Source: a virus. From it: a stretch of 64,000 nt of DNA. Under the pieces are notes generated by a model. The model was not told the origin of the DNA and searched no databases. It was given only the letters and a program-made list of their open reading frames with translations. Shown here one piece after another: positions 61,601 through 64,000 of this stretch. Location of the stretch: positions 1 through 64,000 of the IMG/VR virus record IMGVR_UViG_3300027917_000032; one strand, written 5' to 3'. Both the position numbers and the translations under genes were made by a program. Position 1 is the first letter of the stretch. Each line of letters begins with the position of its first letter.

Positions 61601-62949
61601 ACTTGACGACGGCCAGACGAAGAACGCATTTCTTCGAGAGCTTTTGACGTAGCATTAGTGCTGTTCTGCATCTGCTCCATCGCTTCCTCAAGAGCAGTCG
61701 CGCCGTCGGTTGTCAAGTTCAACGCACCGACCAACGCCCTTACGCGCCCAAGCAAATCAGCGAACTCTTTGTCATTCCCAGACGTAGCATCCTGCATTTT
61801 CAGCAAAACCTCACGCAAACCGCCAAAACGACGGATCGCCTCCGGTCCTGTCCGAACACCCCATTCTTCATACAGGTCTTGCAGCCCCATAGTAGGTCGT
61901 AAGAGCTTCTGCGATACTTGCGTCAACTGGGTGATAGCTGTGTGTGCAGGAACACCTTTTTGCGTGATGGCCGCAATTGACGCAGCCATTTCTTCAAAGC
62001 TAATACCCAGTGTTGCGGTCAGAGGAGAAACGCGACCAAGGACACTTCCAAATTCATTCAGTCGCAACCGACCTAACTCAATGGTCTTGAAGAGTACATT
62101 AGAAACATGCTCTGTCTCGGCTACGTCGAGGTTATAGCTATTCATCACCGAAGACAGCGCATTAACCGCGTCTTTCAATTCTGAATTGGTGGCGATAGCT
62201 AATTCAGCCGCTTTGGCTTCAAACCGAAGCGCATCACCAGCTTCAACAACTTGGTTTGATAAGGTTTGGTACAAACCTTCAGCCACTTCCAGCGCGGGCT
62301 CACCTAGCGAACGGGCCAAGTCTTTCACAGACTGATTCAATTGATCCATGTTGCCCAAATCACCACCAGATATGGTGAACGCTTCCGCCACAGCAATAGA
62401 GAAATCCTGGGCGGTCACGGTCGCCTCACGGAACGAGGCGACGATTGCGCTCAGCGCACGAACGATTGCTTGAGCCGCGATGATGCGCCCCACAGTTCTC
62501 CAGGAGAGTGTGATTCCTTCTCCGGCCCGCTTACCCTCTTCGCCCACCTTCTTGAAGCCAAGCCCCAGATGAGCGAGCGAGTTCGCCCCTTGTTTAGAGG
62601 CAGTCACGGTCTGTTGGACAGCGGCACTTGTAGACACCGATGCCGTGCCAAGCCGCCCCGCATTTTGGGCCGCTTCCAGAGCTTTGTTCCCATAACCGGT
62701 TAACCCACTGATAGCACTGTTAGCTTGCGTGGATAACGTCGTCATGGTGGCACCAGCCGATTTAGCTGAGCCCGACAACTGCTTCATGGTCCGCGAGACG
62801 GGGGCTGCACTGGCGTTAAACCGGTCCATAGCGCCAGAAGTGGTCTGCAAGGTTGACTGGAACTTAGCCAGTTCTACTTGCAACCGGGCCAACTCTTGCA
62901 CCGCTTTTGAAGCGTCAAAGCCTAGTTTCTGGGTAATTTCGTTAGGCAT
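58648..62949 (-). CDS. tail tape measure protein (TP901-type core)
   Basis: 1433 aa Ala-rich helical protein; conserved TMP core; C-terminal GTDTIPAMLSPGEFVINA. Confidence 0.92.
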   Translation of the reverse strand: MPNEITQKLGFDASKAVQELARLQVELAKFQSTLQTTSGAMDRFNASAAPVSRTMKQLSGSAKSAGATMTTLSTQANSAISGLTGYGNKALEAAQNAGRLGTASVSTSAAVQQTVTASKQGANSLAHLGLGFKKVGEEGKRAGEGITLSWRTVGRIIAAQAIVRALSAIVASFREATVTAQDFSIAVAEAFTISGGDLGNMDQLNQSVKDLARSLGEPALEVAEGLYQTLSNQVVEAGDALRFEAKAAELAIATNSELKDAVNALSSVMNSYNLDVAETEHVSNVLFKTIELGRLRLNEFGSVLGRVSPLTATLGISFEEMAASIAAITQKGVPAHTAITQLTQVSQKLLRPTMGLQDLYEEWGVRTGPEAIRRFGGLREVLLKMQDATSGNDKEFADLLGRVRALVGALNLTTDGATALEEAMEQMQNSTNATSKALEEMRSSSGRRQVEAWQRLKTTMIGAGEAILSVLTPVIEALDWMIRNMDLLKVAAVGAVSGLVGVRLAAAQSAAAMAGATASAGVLKTALASLAPVAIAMLAALAAVELTKWLTESSGEAEALVNDLIAEEKRLTDEHDRQASARIQKTNQEFVARRKATADYFSAVALEYQKDFKRLQIQSKVIGETLEGIVDTIFSKREDAIKAIEKAGTAADSAIKTSMQEVADTQEAIAEASFKSETRRLSDRNKFWVTLKRAEEEATKARQAYAKVGANEERATAARELSHIAEKRAQEALAQAERLSNVGLIRQAEEDLAKIRGDRIKAETQFQIDREKAQSAASKEQIRALKESGIASQETVKALIEEYERLNETEPKSMKELEERAERSKALMEDLRAELDRSFDFDVFEQMGIVEGVSNLKDGITDALSKADLDYDRMINTFAAKLNATDFRANITLSITNEGFLQAYIDQFGEINVLGDSVKTAEQIAQTAEKIIKEHDAAASAVDRNMKALDAQLKTAKELSEVDTSTRLSRFLDRLGEFRISGGVGAGFDATIDPEKERLSYAEQYNESLIKSIEIVRTAAAERRGLTEAEATYLNEVYQYGRQLQETGRITTEEAKAGAEAWRSVATAAQTLGDTLGGISQVDILGPQAEEARRKLDDINEKFGAGAAAQQEMTEAAKGTTEQLEASRQAQASLPAATATATQALAAQAGQAEAVRTELEAATAAQNAILQPAAPVAPPVAPPVAPQPPSITSTEFEAQAAAAERVNEKVNTLRTIYNGINPYIKEATSSTQATAEAVRQTSINAGMLVNPFMETTTQIKQTEQAAAGTNQQVLSTVSSTNQLATATSTWNTQLQNSVQLAGTASQAMQVTAQSALQAAEACAQASGYCSGGAVTAAKGGRFFAIGGRGTDTIPAMLSPGEFVINARSARNFFPQLQAINAGQQPVYREQGGSVTNVGDINVTVQGGDNSQQTIREIAHGLRREISRGTIKLT

Positions 62950-63464
62950 CAGCTAACCTTGACTTTCTTGAGGAACTTGAACGGGTTTGGAAGTTCCGTG
63001 AAGCGTGTGAAATCTTCAAACGCTTTCTGTCCCTTCTCTTGAAAGTGATACGGAGTGGGGTTAGTTAATCCACGCGGCGAGAACACGTTAGGGGCTTGAC
63101 CGTAGACAACGTGATTATACTCATTGTATGCCAGGTAGCGCAGCGTCGTATGGTACTTAAAATACCACCGCGAGTTACCGGGGTCGAGTTCTAATCCGCT
63201 GCCTTGACTTGTAGACAATCCCAATCCCGCACGATCTTTGCGACTTTTTTGCTCGCCATAAGGAATTGCAGTGCCGAGTTCTCGGGCAAGTTTTTGGAAC
63301 GTGGCCCTTGACGCTTTAGACCATGTTGGAATAATAGCAAGCACAGTAGCATGGAGCCACTCGACACCGGCCTGCTTTAGCCAGTCTTCCATGTAGGAGT
63401 TAAAGAACCGCTTGTATCCGGCTAGGTCTAACTCCAATGCTACGAATTTGTGCGTAAACTTCAT
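62949..63464 (-). CDS. hypothetical morphogenesis protein (HK97 gp10-like is possible)
   Basis: Lies between chaperone and TMP; IP.WS...RA motif. Confidence 0.5.
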   Translation of the reverse strand: MKFTHKFVALELDLAGYKRFFNSYMEDWLKQAGVEWLHATVLAIIPTWSKASRATFQKLARELGTAIPYGEQKSRKDRAGLGLSTSQGSGLELDPGNSRWYFKYHTTLRYLAYNEYNHVVYGQAPNVFSPRGLTNPTPYHFQEKGQKAFEDFTRFTELPNPFKFLKKVKVS

Positions 63465-63730
63465 CGGCGTCTCCGTCTCGATACTGGTTTTGGTTTTCCT
63501 TTGCCAAAACCAGCGAGTGCCTTCCGTTCTTCAAGCTCGTCGTATTCACGAACCTGATTAAAAGCGATGATGCGTGCTTGAGTGATTACATCACAATCAT
63601 CCCACGCTGCTTTCACGCCGGGCGGGCGCACTCCTAATCGCTCGCAACCTCGCCAGATGGCGTATTCGCCGGTTCGGTTTGGAGGCCAGAGGATTCTTTT
63701 GCCGCCTCCGCCTCCCCACGTAGAAAAACC
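63461..63730 (-). CDS. tail assembly chaperone -1 frameshift extension (gpGT-like)
   Basis: Open -1 frame without its own ATG; G GTT TTT slippery site at 63724..63730; stop overlaps the next ATG. Confidence 0.7.
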   Translation of the reverse strand, partial: GFSTWGGGGGKRILWPPNRTGEYAIWRGCERLGVRPPGVKAAWDDCDVITQARIIAFNQVREYDELEERKALAGFGKGKPKPVSRRRRR

Positions 63731-64000
63731 TCACGGGCTTCCTTCAGCTTGCTTTCATCCAAAGCATTTGCCGCCATCACACAGCGAACGACACGATTTA
63801 CTTCGGTGTCAGCTAGGCCCGCTTCCCGCAACTCTTTTTCCCAATTCTTCCATGTCTTAGGATTGTCCAACGTCACGGTTTCCCACTCAATGTCGCTCGG
63901 AACAAGCGACTTAATGCACATATAGGCAAACCGCTGTTCGTTGTAGTTTGTCAACTTCTGCAAGTACGTTTCATCCTCCAGTTGTGGAATCATACCTTCC
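63634..64000 (-). CDS. tail assembly chaperone (gpG-like), 5'-truncated by the window
   Basis: Upstream of TMP, overlapped by a -1 frame ORF. Confidence 0.7.
   Translation of the reverse strand, partial: EGMIPQLEDETYLQKLTNYNEQRFAYMCIKSLVPSDIEWETVTLDNPKTWKNWEKELREAGLADTEVNRVVRCVMAANALDESKLKEAREVFLRGEAEAAKESSGLQTEPANTPSGEVASD

Noticed and set aside
1-64000. Stop-codon reassignment
   Set aside because: Known genes are intact in the standard code, all three stops are used, and no suppressor tRNA was found

Overview
The window is a 64-kb piece of a large tailed dsDNA phage genome, probably siphovirus-like; no integrase, capsid or lysis genes are in view. Layout: (i) ~0.9-46 kb, a long minus-strand run of early/middle genes with many small hypothetical ORFs, often tandem paralogs. 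It carries two tRNA clusters, nucleotide enzymes (guanine deaminase, two NDT-family proteins plus DeoC), a DNA MTase, GNAT, PD-(D/E)xK nuclease, ATP-dependent DNA ligase, sigma factor, VRR-NUC, family A DNA polymerase, two ParB-like proteins, an RNA ligase, two phosphoesterases, an SNF2-type helicase, and a glyco-modification set (HMW1C-like GT41, NDP-sugar C-methyltransferase, two sulfotransferase-like proteins). (ii) A repeat-rich divergent intergenic region at ~45.95-46.6 kb, probably the origin/control region. (iii) A plus-strand primase-helicase, dATP/dGTP diphosphohydrolase and DEDDh exonuclease. (iv) A minus-strand tail module with tape measure and a frameshifted tail assembly chaperone. 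Best leads: a phage-encoded HMW1C-type protein glycosylation module, a possible dNMP/guanine-purging pathway, a six-member F-x-GGP paralog family, tRNA-like RNAs with 6-nt anticodon loops, and twin 28-bp divergent control elements flanking an iteron/DnaA-box-like region. All protein calls come from recognising motifs by eye; no database searches were run.
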